Part shown: positions 28,711 through 38,967 of the stretch, piece by piece
Layout: each line of letters opens with the position of its first letter
Position numbering within the stretch: the first letter of the stretch is position 1
NCBI GenBank assembly: GCA_903836515.1
Contig: CAILQW010000004.1
Span: forward strand, 5,036-69,035
Origin: Candidatus Omnitrophota bacterium
GTDB lineage: Bacteria > Omnitrophota > Gorgyraeia > Zapsychrales > Fredricksoniimonadaceae
Reading direction: 5' to 3'
DNA length: 64,000 nt
Program-made: the position numbers and the translations under genes
The notes under the pieces: generated by a model
What the model saw: the letters and a program-made list of their open reading frames with translations, nothing else
What the model was told of the DNA's origin: nothing
The model's database searches: none

Positions 28711-30384
28711 TCACATATTCTCGTATTCCGGACCGTCGCCCCCATAAGGCGTCTGCCAGATCACATTGCCGTAAGGATCCCTGATATCACATGTTTTACA
28801 GTGCACGCAATTGGATGGATGCAGTTTGAGGCTCTTCTTGCCTGTCTTTGGATCAGCGCTGATCTCAAAGACCTGGGCCGGACAAAAATGCTGGCACGGG
28901 CCTCCGTAGGTCCGGATACACTCATCGCAAACAGCCGCGCTGGGGACCTGGATATGCGAAGGCTGTTCCTCATCGTGCTTGGTTCCGGAAAAAAAGATGG
29001 CTGTTTCCTTGTCGACGCTAAACCCCGCGGCACATGATCCCGCCGCGGCAGAGGCCTTCGCCTGGGACGTACGCATCGGCCGGCAATGGGCACGGTCTTC
29101 GGCCATGGTGAGCCGCCCGCTCGCGGACAAACCGCGCCCGCCTGTCACCAGCTGGGTCCCGAACTGGAATGCGCCCAGAAGCAGATTGGCTTTAAACGCC
29201 TGCCGGAAATTACGGACAGGATAAAGCTCTTTGTAGATGGGACTTGCCTTGAAAAGTTTTTCGTAAAGCGACAACCGGGAGGCAGAGGCATCATTGGCCT
29301 TGAGAGCATCACACGCCGCCCTGGCGGCCAGCATGCCCGAACGCATGCTGGAATCCACGCCTTTTAAGCTGGGCATGGCCAGGAATCCCGCGGCATCACC
29401 GACGATCATCACCTTGTCGTGATACAATTGCGGCAGCGCAAAGAGGCCGCCCTCGGGAATGGTCTTGGCGCCGTAGCGTAACAATTTCCCGTCCTTGATG
29501 ATCCGGCTGACAAAAGGATGATTCTTGTATATCTGAAGGGCCCGCTGGGTATCAAAGGAAGGATCCGCGATATCCAGCCCCGCCACAACGCCGATGGCCA
29601 CAAGCGTCTTGGTAACTCCGTAGATAAAACCGCCGCCGAACTGATCGATACCCAACGGATACCCCAGGGAATGGACAATACGGCCTTTCTCAAAAGCCCC
29701 CTCGGGGATCTCCCATAATTCCTTGACGCCCAGAGAATAAACCTGCGGGTTACGTCCTTTGGCCAGGTCCAGGGCCTTGATCAAATCCCGGGTCAGGCTG
29801 CCGCGCGGCCCCTCGGCGAGGATCACGAGTTTGGCCCGCACCTCGGTGGGCGGCTGATAATTCGCCATGGGGTTACCCTGGTGATCGATACCCGTCGCCC
29901 CCGTCCGGATGCCGGCCAGTTGGCCGTTCTCAAAAACAAGTTCACGGGCGCTAAAACCGCTAAAAACCTGGACATTCTTTTTTTCGGCAATCTCGGCCAG
30001 CCAGCGGACCAGCTTGCCCAGCATCACAACGTAGTTGCCTTTATTGGACATATACGGGGGAGAAAACGGGAGCTCAAAGGCGCCGTCTTTGGTGAAAATC
30101 ATGGTGTCATCCCGGACAACCGCGGTTTCAAAAGGAAAATCTTTCGCATCAAGATCCGGCAGCAGTTCTCGCAGGGCCGAAGGATTGATCACAGCCCCGG
30201 AGAGCGTGTGGTTGCCGGCCGCGCTGGCTTTTTCCAGCACCATGACACGATCGGGGATCTTGACCGTCTGGGACGCATCCTCATTGTGGCGACGGGCCAT
30301 GTCGGCATAATGAATGGCAAACGCCAGCCCGGCAGGCCCCCCGCCGACAACCAGAACGTCCGTTTCAACAACAGGCATATGCAT
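28711..30384 (-). CDS. electron-transfer flavoprotein:quinone oxidoreductase (FixC/FixX-type, with C-terminal ferredoxin-like 4Cys)
   Basis: DVLVVGGGPAGLA FAD motif, C-terminal CPAQVF...CVHCKTCD Fe-S region; track N-extension rejected. Confidence 0.8.
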   Translation of the reverse strand: MHMPVVETDVLVVGGGPAGLAFAIHYADMARRHNEDASQTVKIPDRVMVLEKASAAGNHTLSGAVINPSALRELLPDLDAKDFPFETAVVRDDTMIFTKDGAFELPFSPPYMSNKGNYVVMLGKLVRWLAEIAEKKNVQVFSGFSARELVFENGQLAGIRTGATGIDHQGNPMANYQPPTEVRAKLVILAEGPRGSLTRDLIKALDLAKGRNPQVYSLGVKELWEIPEGAFEKGRIVHSLGYPLGIDQFGGGFIYGVTKTLVAIGVVAGLDIADPSFDTQRALQIYKNHPFVSRIIKDGKLLRYGAKTIPEGGLFALPQLYHDKVMIVGDAAGFLAMPSLKGVDSSMRSGMLAARAACDALKANDASASRLSLYEKLFKASPIYKELYPVRNFRQAFKANLLLGAFQFGTQLVTGGRGLSASGRLTMAEDRAHCRPMRTSQAKASAAAGSCAAGFSVDKETAIFFSGTKHDEEQPSHIQVPSAAVCDECIRTYGGPCQHFCPAQVFEISADPKTGKKSLKLHPSNCVHCKTCDIRDPYGNVIWQTPYGGDGPEYENM

Positions 30385-30449
30385 GATGTTCTCTCGATTT
30401 AAGGTGTTGGAGGGAGTTCGCTCATCCCCCGATCGAAAAAAGGCCAGGC

Positions 30450-31427
30450 CTAGACAGCCACCCTGTCCGCCAACGCCAGCAAACTTTCCTTGCAGCACGA
30501 CCCTTTTAACAACGCGATACTTTTTTTCGCTTTGTGAACGTAATTGTTTATTTCTTTCCTGGTTTTAACCAGCGCCCCTGAATCCATGAACATTTGACGC
30601 AAGGCTTCAAAGGCCGCCTGTTTATCCGGCTGGCGCATCAAACACGCGATCCGGGCCTTGTCTGCGCCCTCGGCAAGCAGGTTGAATATGGGCAGCGTCC
30701 ATTCCCCCACATTAAAATCCGCCCCCGGGACCTTGCCCAGCTCCGTTGTACTGCCGACCAGGTCCAAATAATCATCCCTGACCTGAAACGCCATGCCGAA
30801 ATTGGCGCCATAATCCTTTAAAGCGCCCTGGACAGCCGCATCGGCGCTGACCAGCATGGTGCCCGCCTGACATGACGCGGCAAACAGCGCGGCGGTCTTC
30901 TTCTTCACCATCATCAGGTACTGCTGTTTGACTAAGGAAGCATTGCCTCTTTCGCAAATCTGGTGCAGTTCCCCTTCGCACATCAATTTGGTCGCCAGGC
31001 CCATGACGTCAAGGACGCCGGCATTGCCGCAGGCCGCGATGAGCCTGAAGGCCTCCGCATAAAAATAATCACCCGCCGCAATGGCGATATCCGGGCCCCA
31101 CGTATGATTGATCGTAGGCTTGGAATGCCGCAGCGTGGCATGGTCGATCACGTCGTCATGGATGAGGGAAGCCCTGTGGATTAGCTCCACCGCTGCCGCA
31201 AGCTCAATAAGCTTTTGATCGGCAACCCGGCCCGCCGGCTTGCCCCTCACGGCTCGGGCGGATAAAAAGACCATGGCCGGCCGTAATTTCTTGCCTCCCG
31301 ATCCAAGCAAGAACCGGTTTATTTCCAGGATCGCCTTGCTGTTACGCCCCCCCAGGGATGCACGAAGGACACCTTCCAGCGTTGCAAATTCTTTTTCAAC
31401 CGGTTGAAAAATCTGTTTAAACTCCAT
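30450..31427 (-). CDS. polyprenyl diphosphate synthase (IspB-like)
   Basis: DDxxD motifs LIHDDVID and QVRDDYLD. Confidence 0.8.
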   Translation of the reverse strand: MEFKQIFQPVEKEFATLEGVLRASLGGRNSKAILEINRFLLGSGGKKLRPAMVFLSARAVRGKPAGRVADQKLIELAAAVELIHRASLIHDDVIDHATLRHSKPTINHTWGPDIAIAAGDYFYAEAFRLIAACGNAGVLDVMGLATKLMCEGELHQICERGNASLVKQQYLMMVKKKTAALFAASCQAGTMLVSADAAVQGALKDYGANFGMAFQVRDDYLDLVGSTTELGKVPGADFNVGEWTLPIFNLLAEGADKARIACLMRQPDKQAAFEALRQMFMDSGALVKTRKEINNYVHKAKKSIALLKGSCCKESLLALADRVAV

Positions 31428-31608
31428 AATACATGAAGATCCTCTGTGACCTTGTCGATGATCCCAACAACCGGATACGTCTCACGCCCATAAGCTCATA
31501 GCTCCGCTATGCATGGCCAGCAATATTCAACCCTGAAACAACAAAGTTATTATATAGAATATCCGAAACATTCCCACATAATAAATGTCTTTTTGAAAGC
31601 TGGAATAC

Positions 31609-31646
31609 AAAAGCCGCCCCGTGGTGTTGCTCCACCGGGCGGCTTT
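31609..31646 (-). terminator. Rho-independent terminator downstream of REC gene
   Basis: aaagccgccccgtgg / ccaccgggcggcttt stem followed on minus strand by UUUUGUAUU. Confidence 0.55.
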
Positions 31647-31688
31647 AATGTGCCGGTCATGACAGCTGGTGTCCTGGTGTTCATACCC

Positions 31689-32129
31689 TCACATCAGGGT
31701 CGATACGATCTCCAGAAGGGATTCCTGGCTGTCCGATTTATCAAAATAGGCGTCAGCATCCTTGATCCTCTCTTTCTGTTCTTCCAAAGGATAAACACTG
31801 GCAACCAGCACTTTCACGTTGGTGTGGAACGCCCGTATGAGTTCAAACAGATCATCCCCGTGCACTTCCGCCATATTGATATCCAGGAAAATGATATCCA
31901 CATGCTGATGCACCAGGATGTCGTTAGCCGCCATCGCATTGGCGGCTGTCAGCACATCGAAGCCGCGGCGGGAAAAAATCCGGTAATACATGTTCCTGAT
32001 ACTGGCCTCATCATCGACCACCAGCAGCCTCGGCAGAAAAAGGCCGTCCATCGGCCGGGGCGCCGGCTCCTCCTGCTGTTCCAGATAATCTAGAATAGTT
32101 TCAATGTAATTTCTACGCATAAGCACCAC
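31689..32129 (-). CDS. stand-alone response regulator receiver (CheY-like)
   Basis: LLVVDDEASIRNMY..., phospho-acceptor Asp region IIFLDINMAEVHG, conserved K near C-term. Confidence 0.75.
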   Translation of the reverse strand: MVLMRRNYIETILDYLEQQEEPAPRPMDGLFLPRLLVVDDEASIRNMYYRIFSRRGFDVLTAANAMAANDILVHQHVDIIFLDINMAEVHGDDLFELIRAFHTNVKVLVASVYPLEEQKERIKDADAYFDKSDSQESLLEIVSTLM

Positions 32130-32252
32130 CTTTCGTTGAACGGTGAATGGGCCCCACAGGACGCAATGACCACAAGCGTCAGCGGGCTTCTTTCAACGGT
32201 GGTTATACCAAAGGGATGATAAAAGGAAGGTTAAAGCAGGATAAAAAAATTT

Positions 32253-32732
32253 TTATGAACGCGCCCCTGCGTTCCATTTGACCTTGAAGACCAGCTTCCT
32301 GACCGTTTCAGGCCCAAGACCCCGCTGGCACATCGGACGATGCGCTTCACCCGGAAAATAAACAACAAATTCTCCCGACCGCACGATAACATCCGTGATG
32401 GCGCTCCCCCCGCCGAAAAAACGGACATCGTTCACCGGGTCCTCGTCTGTTGCGGGCGTCAGGGTATCGGGTGGCGCCGACTGCATGCGCTCGGCACCGC
32501 TGAGCACATACTGCACGTCCATGTACAGGCGATGCGTTTCAAAACGCCCCTCTTCGGGAAGCCGGGAAGTGTATTGAGCCGGACGCACAAAGAGCTCCCG
32601 CCCCTTGATCTCCCGTTCCATGAGCGGCAGGGACAACGCCGGATTCTCCCGGAGAAAGGCCAAAATGTCATTGCCCCCCGGGAGCGCATACCGTGAAAGA
32701 TGTTCAATACGGTCGTGGATCATGCGCCTCAC
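32253..32732 (-). CDS. YhcH/YjgK/YiaL-family (DUF386, cupin-like) protein
   Basis: 159 aa, weak resemblance to EbgC/TabA family; low-certainty call. Confidence 0.4.
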   Translation of the reverse strand: MRRMIHDRIEHLSRYALPGGNDILAFLRENPALSLPLMEREIKGRELFVRPAQYTSRLPEEGRFETHRLYMDVQYVLSGAERMQSAPPDTLTPATDEDPVNDVRFFGGGSAITDVIVRSGEFVVYFPGEAHRPMCQRGLGPETVRKLVFKVKWNAGARS

Positions 32733-33556
32733 AGCACCTTCAGTTTATCCCGCAACAACGGGAAATTCCGTTCGGAAGAAAGGATGTAATGTTCTTTCAG
32801 CCGCCATGAAGCATCGAACATGGCCGGCTCCAGGCGTTCCAGCGGGAGGCCTGTCTTGATCGAACGGAACGTGAGCCCCGCCCGCCCGACAACAGGCCAT
32901 GATCCTGCCAGATCCCATACATAAACCCGCGACAAGGACCCGCAGCCCCGGCCAATCGACGGCCAGCAAAACTCGCTCACCGCGGAAGCGAAGATCATCA
33001 GGCGGCAGTCCTGCGAACGCCACGCAAATTTCTCGACCACCTCATCCGTGGCAATAAAAACCGAACGGCTCGAGATGGTCTCATCGACGCCAGTGATGCG
33101 CACGCGCCGGGCGCCAAACCCAAATGGATTGCTCACAAACCAGGCGTCCGTGCCGTCACAATAAAAAAGCTCCCGCATGGTGGGAAAATAAACCGCACCG
33201 AGCCACGGCTTATGGTCCTTCATGAGCCCCAGCGATACCGCGTACTGGGGCATGCGGTTGGCATATGGGCGGGTGCCGTCAATGGGGTCAAGGGCCCAGA
33301 TGTAGGGCACATCGCGCGAAAGGACATCCTGAGGACTCCCGGTACGGACCACCGTCTCCTCATCGATGAGGAGATGTGCTCCCGTCTTCAAGAACGGCTT
33401 CAACCTTTCCTGGGCCAGCGTCGATACGGCCATATCCGCACGGGTGACCACCGACGCGTCGGCTTTCAGTTCAGGGCGGCAATCGTCCATCATACGCAGC
33501 GCGATCCGGCCTCCGTCACGCACGATCGACAACATGATATCCAATGCCTGCGGCAT
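32729..33556 (-). CDS. inositol monophosphatase family protein (SuhB/CysQ-like)
   Basis: WALDPIDGT motif; start taken at MPQALDIML (GGGGA RBS), 8 nt after BatE stop. Confidence 0.75.
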   Translation of the reverse strand: MPQALDIMLSIVRDGGRIALRMMDDCRPELKADASVVTRADMAVSTLAQERLKPFLKTGAHLLIDEETVVRTGSPQDVLSRDVPYIWALDPIDGTRPYANRMPQYAVSLGLMKDHKPWLGAVYFPTMRELFYCDGTDAWFVSNPFGFGARRVRITGVDETISSRSVFIATDEVVEKFAWRSQDCRLMIFASAVSEFCWPSIGRGCGSLSRVYVWDLAGSWPVVGRAGLTFRSIKTGLPLERLEPAMFDASWRLKEHYILSSERNFPLLRDKLKVL

Positions 33557-33563
33557 AATCCCC

Positions 33564-34316
33564 CTATATCTTTTCCACGGATACGCCAGGCACCCAGCCT
33601 GACTTCCCATCCGGACGTTCGATCTTGACCCACCCGTCTTTCTCCCGCAAAATTTTAAGCTCCGTCCCCTCGGGAACCCTGAAATACACGGTCCCCTGGG
33701 TATTGGGTTCAAAGCGGGCGTCAGATTTCCCCACACAAACAGCGGCCCCCAGCCGGCCGATGGCCTGGCCAAACGCGGCCGCGGAAAAATATCCTGTGAC
33801 TAACGCCAACAGAACCGTGCCCAGCACTATCCGTTTGCGCGGCATACCCGCGTAAAGACCGCTTAACACGAAGAGCCCGGTCAACCCCAGCGCCGCCAGT
33901 GCCAGCCATTGCAATTCGATATCGGTAAAATAACTTTCTGCCGGAGCGGCTATGGACGCGGACTTGCGCGGGACATAATTCTCGACCATGGACCTGGCGT
34001 AAGAAAGATTGGCCCGAAGGTCGCTGTCGCGCGGGGCCAGCTGGCGGGCGCGCAGATAGTTCAGCACAGATTTCCCCGTTCTGCCGGTCTTAAACCACGC
34101 ATTGCCAAGGTTGTAATACACCGCCGGCGACACGAATCCTTTGGCAAGGACGTCCTCATTGAAGGTGACCGCCGCATCGTAATGGGCTTCATGGTAAGCC
34201 TTGACCCCGGCGGCAAACGACGCCGCCGCTGCCCGCTGGTCTGCCTGGGCCCATACGGCGGACGTGGCCGCCGCCAGGATGACCAGACATACACCCCCAT
34301 GCCTCAACACTTTCAT
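33564..34316 (-). CDS. batE: BatE-like protein (TPR + C-terminal SH3b domain)
   Basis: Signal peptide, TPR-like YYNLGNAWFKTG, C-terminal SH3-like KDGWVKIERPDGKSGWV; last gene of Bat operon. Confidence 0.6.
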   Translation of the reverse strand: MKVLRHGGVCLVILAAATSAVWAQADQRAAAASFAAGVKAYHEAHYDAAVTFNEDVLAKGFVSPAVYYNLGNAWFKTGRTGKSVLNYLRARQLAPRDSDLRANLSYARSMVENYVPRKSASIAAPAESYFTDIELQWLALAALGLTGLFVLSGLYAGMPRKRIVLGTVLLALVTGYFSAAAFGQAIGRLGAAVCVGKSDARFEPNTQGTVYFRVPEGTELKILREKDGWVKIERPDGKSGWVPGVSVEKI

Positions 34317-36100
34317 CGCGACCGCCTTTCCACCGCCCGGACAATATCTTCCGCATCGGCCAAATGAGTACGCATGGCGCTCACACCTGCGGGCATCCCC
34401 GCGAAGCGGGCGTGTTCCGCGGCCTTGAAAATATCCCTTACACCGGCGAGATATTTCCCGTCAAGGCGTATTCCCGTCAAGGCTTTTTCGATGGATGCCG
34501 TATCCATTCCCCCCGGCAATACCCCAAGCCTCGCCACAAAATAATCCCTGAGCCCCTTCTCCAGCGCATCATAAAAACCTTTGGTGTCACCCGCGGCAAG
34601 GCGCTCCCCGGCAAGATGGAACATGCGCCGCGCTTCCCGGGCCGACGCGATCTGCCGGGCAAACTTCGGATCATCCAGAAGCCGGCGGCGGCGCAGATAA
34701 AAAACAAGGGCAGCCCCCCAAACCTGCAGGTAGATCGCGATCATCGCATAAAAAACAATCCGCCCTGACATCCCCTGGGTGCGTTGTTCAAGCCTTCCGG
34801 GGTTATCCTTGATGAACACAATATCCCGGCCCAGGGTTTCAGGTGCCAACACGGCGGAAGGCCTGGCAAACCCCATGGCCTGGAATTCATCACCGGAAGC
34901 GGAAGGCGCCACCTTCAGCGGGAACGGCCCGCGTTCAAGGGTGCGGTAAGACCCTGACGGCACATCAAAATACGTGAACTTCAAGGCTGGGACCTCGGTC
35001 ACTTTCGTGTCTGTGGGGATAATGACCTGCTCCAGGACCCTGCGCCCGGCCTCATCCTTGATCTGGGGATCGTAGACCTTGAACCCATCGGCCTTGAATA
35101 CCGGCAAGCTCACGCCTTTCATATTGCCCATACCCGTCAGGATCATGCGCAGGGTCACGGGGTCGCCGGATTTGACCTCACGCGGCGAGGCTTCGACTTT
35201 AAAATCGAATTCACCCACAGCCCCTGAAAAATCCGCCGGCTTCCCTTCTTCCGGCAAGGGCCGCACGTCAAATTTGGCGGCATTGGAGCTGATCGTCACC
35301 GGACGTTTCTGATAAGAAGAAAAGAAATTCCCGAAAAACCCGTCATCAAAGATACCACCGGAAGTATCCCGCGAAGGTTCCGCCTTGAAAAGAAGGCTGC
35401 CCCGGACCAGGGCAGGCGCAATATTCGTCTCCCCCGGTTTCAAGGGATACAGGAGCGTTGAAAACTCGACCACCTGCCAGGCGGATCCATCTGCCGTTTC
35501 CTGGAACTGCTTAGGTTCGGTAAAAGGATCCAGCCGGAAGCCCTCTTGGGCTATCTCGGGAAAAGACAACTCCTGAAGAGAGAGCTGGTTCACATAAAGC
35601 CGGACGGTCAGTGGCACCGCCTCCCCAACATACGCCTTCTCGCGGGCCACTCCCATGAGAAGCTTCATGCGGCTTTCAAGGTCCTTGCCCTTGACACCGG
35701 CATCCGGTGCTGACGACACTTCGGCCCCCGCAGGAAGAACCTCGACAGGAATGGCCTCGGTCGTGAACGTCTGCCCCTTCACATCAACGGGGATTGCCGG
35801 GATCGTGAACTTGCCTTCCTTTAGAGGAATGAAGACATAATTGAACGACTCTTCAACGGCATAGGTATTGTTGATCACGGAAACACGCGTGGCCGGCCCG
35901 CTGTAACGGACATCGAAACCGTCAACAGCCGGCAACACCGGCGGCTGAATATTCTGAATACCGCTCACGGTAATGGTGTACTGCAGGGCCGTACCCAGAG
36001 CCACACGCCCGGCCGTGACCGTGGCCTTGACCCCGATATCCGACGCCCAGGCACTCAACGCCACCGCCGCCAGCATCAGTGTGATCATCGGTTTTCGCAT
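34313..36100 (-). CDS. batD: BatD-like oxygen tolerance protein
   Basis: ~596 aa, signal peptide MRKPMITLMLAAVALSAWA, single C-terminal TM; operon context. Confidence 0.65.
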   Translation of the reverse strand: MRKPMITLMLAAVALSAWASDIGVKATVTAGRVALGTALQYTITVSGIQNIQPPVLPAVDGFDVRYSGPATRVSVINNTYAVEESFNYVFIPLKEGKFTIPAIPVDVKGQTFTTEAIPVEVLPAGAEVSSAPDAGVKGKDLESRMKLLMGVAREKAYVGEAVPLTVRLYVNQLSLQELSFPEIAQEGFRLDPFTEPKQFQETADGSAWQVVEFSTLLYPLKPGETNIAPALVRGSLLFKAEPSRDTSGGIFDDGFFGNFFSSYQKRPVTISSNAAKFDVRPLPEEGKPADFSGAVGEFDFKVEASPREVKSGDPVTLRMILTGMGNMKGVSLPVFKADGFKVYDPQIKDEAGRRVLEQVIIPTDTKVTEVPALKFTYFDVPSGSYRTLERGPFPLKVAPSASGDEFQAMGFARPSAVLAPETLGRDIVFIKDNPGRLEQRTQGMSGRIVFYAMIAIYLQVWGAALVFYLRRRRLLDDPKFARQIASAREARRMFHLAGERLAAGDTKGFYDALEKGLRDYFVARLGVLPGGMDTASIEKALTGIRLDGKYLAGVRDIFKAAEHARFAGMPAGVSAMRTHLADAEDIVRAVERRSR

Positions 36101-36107
36101 AGATCCC

Positions 36108-36971
36108 TCACCAGTCTTTTTCCACAGGACGCGGCGCGCGCGGCTCACGGATGAAATTCAAAAGCCCCTTGGGAAGTTCATTGCGCTCAAAATCATCCAC
36201 CAGGTCATTGGCATCCTTCTGTGATGATATCTGCCGTCCGTCGGTTTGTCCAGATGGAGTATCCTTTTCACCGGTAGGCTGTGGCTGCGGTTTTGCCCCG
36301 GCCTGCTCATCCCCGGGCTTTTCCTGCGGGGACGCCTGAGGCTGATCCTGTCCGGACGTGCCACGTTCCTGCCGGTCCTGGGATGAGGATCCCTTCTGCG
36401 CAGACCCTTTATCTTGCGTATCCTTTGGCGGCTGATCTTTTCCCTGCTGGTCCTTGTTTTGCTGTTGCGACTGTTGCTGCTGTCGCTGTTCTTCCTGTTT
36501 CTTGCGCAGCCGCTCCAGTTCCTGTCGGACAAAATCCCTGTTGTGCGCCGCATCCTGATCGCCGGGATCGATGACCAGGGCTTTTTCAAAACTCCCCACA
36601 GCCCCTTGAAGGCGTTCCATGGCCCCGGCAATATCCTTGTCTTCACGCGCGGTCCCGGACCGATAGAGCGCATTTCCAAGATTATAATGCACATCCCGCC
36701 GGAAATGATCGTCATCCGTCAACAACCCTTGTTGAAAATGCGCCACCGCCCCGTCGAAATCGCCCGCCTTATAAGCCGCGGCACCAATGTCATAGGCTAT
36801 CCCTGCGGCGGCGGGATCCTTGCGTGCGGCGGCCTCGTAACGGGTACGGGCTTCGGCAAAATGGCCCTGCCGGAAAGAATTGTTCCCCGCACGCACATCC
36901 CATGCCCCCGCCGATGCAAAAACCGGAACAGGAACGAAGCACAGCAAAAGCACCAGGCCTGCACGTCTCAT
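36108..36971 (-). CDS. batC: BatC-like TPR protein with Q/P-rich low-complexity tail
   Basis: Signal peptide + TPR repeats; C-terminal QQQQSQQQNKDQQGKDQ... low complexity. Confidence 0.6.
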   Translation of the reverse strand: MRRAGLVLLLCFVPVPVFASAGAWDVRAGNNSFRQGHFAEARTRYEAAARKDPAAAGIAYDIGAAAYKAGDFDGAVAHFQQGLLTDDDHFRRDVHYNLGNALYRSGTAREDKDIAGAMERLQGAVGSFEKALVIDPGDQDAAHNRDFVRQELERLRKKQEEQRQQQQSQQQNKDQQGKDQPPKDTQDKGSAQKGSSSQDRQERGTSGQDQPQASPQEKPGDEQAGAKPQPQPTGEKDTPSGQTDGRQISSQKDANDLVDDFERNELPKGLLNFIREPRAPRPVEKDW

Positions 36972-37975
36972 GGCTTTGGTCTCCTGGACGACAAGCGGGT
37001 CTCGATCAACAAAAGCAGGAACGCCACGAAAAGCGGGAATTGAAAACGCTCATGATACCGCTGTTCCATCCGGCTCTCGATGTCGCGTTTCTCCATCCGC
37101 GCCAGATAATGGTCATAGATATAATCCAGCCCCAGTTCCCCGCCGCTCGAACGCACATACGCACCGCCGGTAATAGCCGCGACCTCCTTCAAGAGGCCTT
37201 CATTGAGCGACGATTTCACAAAATTGCCAGCGGCATCCTTGACAAAGCCCGCGGCACCATTGTCATCGACAACACGGATCAGTTCCCCCTCACGCGTGCC
37301 GATGCCGACCGTATAAACACGGATCTTCTTTTCCGCCGCAACCCTGGCCCAGTGCAGCGGGTCGCCTTCTCCGCTCTCCCCGTCGGTCAGGATCACGATC
37401 GCCTTGTACTGGGCCGGCACATCCGCATACCCTTTAAGCGCCTCCTCGAGGGCCGCGGCAATATTGGTCCCGCCGTGGGGGATCGTCTGGACGCCCAGGT
37501 CATCAAGGCTGAGGAGAAACCCCGCGTAATCGGTGGTCAGCGGGCACGACAAGAACGCGTCGCCGGCAAAAGCGATCAACCCCGCCCTGTCGCCCTTGAG
37601 TTTCTTCACAAGGTCCTTGACCGCAAATTTGGCGCGTTCCAGACGGTTGGGCTTCACATCCTCCGTCAGCATGCTCCTGGAGGTGTCAAGGACCACAAAA
37701 ATATCAAGCCCCTGGCGCCGGACATCCTGCCACTCAAACCCACACTGCGGCCGGGCCAGCGCCACCACGGCAAAGAAAACGGCCCCCACGATCAGGGACT
37801 CTTTCCAGATGAATCTGGTAAGCGAAAAACTGCGCGCCGTCACCCGGGCCAGTTTCTTGTCGCCGAAGCGGTGCATGGTCTTGCGGCGCAAGCGCACCAG
37901 GAAAGCCAGCAGGAGCGCGGCCCAGGCGACCACAAATATCCCGTTCCAGAATAAAGGCTGGGCAAAATGGATCAC
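36968..37975 (-). CDS. batB: BatB-like vWA-domain membrane protein
   Basis: 2 N-terminal TM helices then vWA (DIFVVLDTSRSM MIDAS motif). Confidence 0.75.
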   Translation of the reverse strand: MIHFAQPLFWNGIFVVAWAALLLAFLVRLRRKTMHRFGDKKLARVTARSFSLTRFIWKESLIVGAVFFAVVALARPQCGFEWQDVRRQGLDIFVVLDTSRSMLTEDVKPNRLERAKFAVKDLVKKLKGDRAGLIAFAGDAFLSCPLTTDYAGFLLSLDDLGVQTIPHGGTNIAAALEEALKGYADVPAQYKAIVILTDGESGEGDPLHWARVAAEKKIRVYTVGIGTREGELIRVVDDNGAAGFVKDAAGNFVKSSLNEGLLKEVAAITGGAYVRSSGGELGLDYIYDHYLARMEKRDIESRMEQRYHERFQFPLFVAFLLLLIETRLSSRRPKP

Positions 37976-38967
37976 GGTATCCTCAAGAAAATGGTCCTGG
38001 CCAGAATAACTTCAAGAAAAAGAAGCGCCAACGCCGCAAGCAGGACGATATCAAAATGCGCCTCGACCTGGCGGTAGCCTGTCTCGTCGAATTTCACCTT
38101 TTCCATTTTATCGATACGCTGGTAAATGCTCTTGAGCGAATCCGTATCCGTGGCGCGGAAATAAGCGCCGCCTGTCTTTTCAGCGATCTTGCGCAGAACA
38201 TCCTCATCGATCTCGATCTTCACATTCTGATAGACGGTACGGCCGAAAAGATCCTGCACCGGATACGGCGCCATCTCCCGGGTCCCGGCACCGATGGTGT
38301 AGATCCTGATCCCCAGCGCCGCGGCCGTATCCGCCGCCTCCAGGGGTGCCATCTTCCCCGCATTATTAACGCCGTCCGTCAGAAGCACAATGACCCGGCT
38401 CTTGCCTTCGGCCTTGCGCAGGCGCGCCACCCCGGCGGCAACAGCCGAACCTATGGCCGTGCCGTCTTCCATCAACCCGAAACGCACCCGTTCCAGATTC
38501 TGCAGCAGCCACGCATGATCAGCTGTCAGCGGGCTCACCGTATAGGGCTTTGCCGCAAAAGCGATGAGCCCCAGCCGGTCGTGCTCCCGCGCCGTGATGA
38601 AATCCTTCAGCACGGATTTGATCACATCCAGGCGGTTCATGCGCTTGCCGTTCAGGGTAAAATCCTCAGCCGCCATGCTCGTAGACGTATCCAGCAAAAG
38701 CGCCATATTGATCCCCTGGGCGCTTGACCTGGCGTCCTGCAAAAAGGTCTGCGGGCCTGCGAGGGCCACGATGAACAGGGCAAGGACCACGATCCTCAGC
38801 ACAAAAGGCGTATGCCTCAAGCGGGTCCGCCAGGTCGCAGGCAGGCCGGTAACGAACGCCACCGACGGAAAAAAGAAGGCCGGTGGTTTCAACCGGAAAT
38901 ACACATAAACAAGGGCCGGCAGGACCAGGGGGATCAACAGTAAAAACTGGGGGGTCTGGAAGGTCAT
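37972..38967 (-). CDS. batA: BatA-like vWA-domain membrane protein
   Basis: vWA MIDAS LLLDTSTSM, N- and C-terminal TM helices. Confidence 0.75.
   Translation of the reverse strand: MTFQTPQFLLLIPLVLPALVYVYFRLKPPAFFFPSVAFVTGLPATWRTRLRHTPFVLRIVVLALFIVALAGPQTFLQDARSSAQGINMALLLDTSTSMAAEDFTLNGKRMNRLDVIKSVLKDFITAREHDRLGLIAFAAKPYTVSPLTADHAWLLQNLERVRFGLMEDGTAIGSAVAAGVARLRKAEGKSRVIVLLTDGVNNAGKMAPLEAADTAAALGIRIYTIGAGTREMAPYPVQDLFGRTVYQNVKIEIDEDVLRKIAEKTGGAYFRATDTDSLKSIYQRIDKMEKVKFDETGYRQVEAHFDIVLLAALALLFLEVILARTIFLRIP

Noticed and set aside
36400-36560. Simple-sequence repeat (CAG/CAA-rich) in the batC 3' half
   Set aside because: It is in frame and encodes a Q/P/D-rich low-complexity tail common in BatC-like proteins, not a non-coding repeat or CRISPR-like array.
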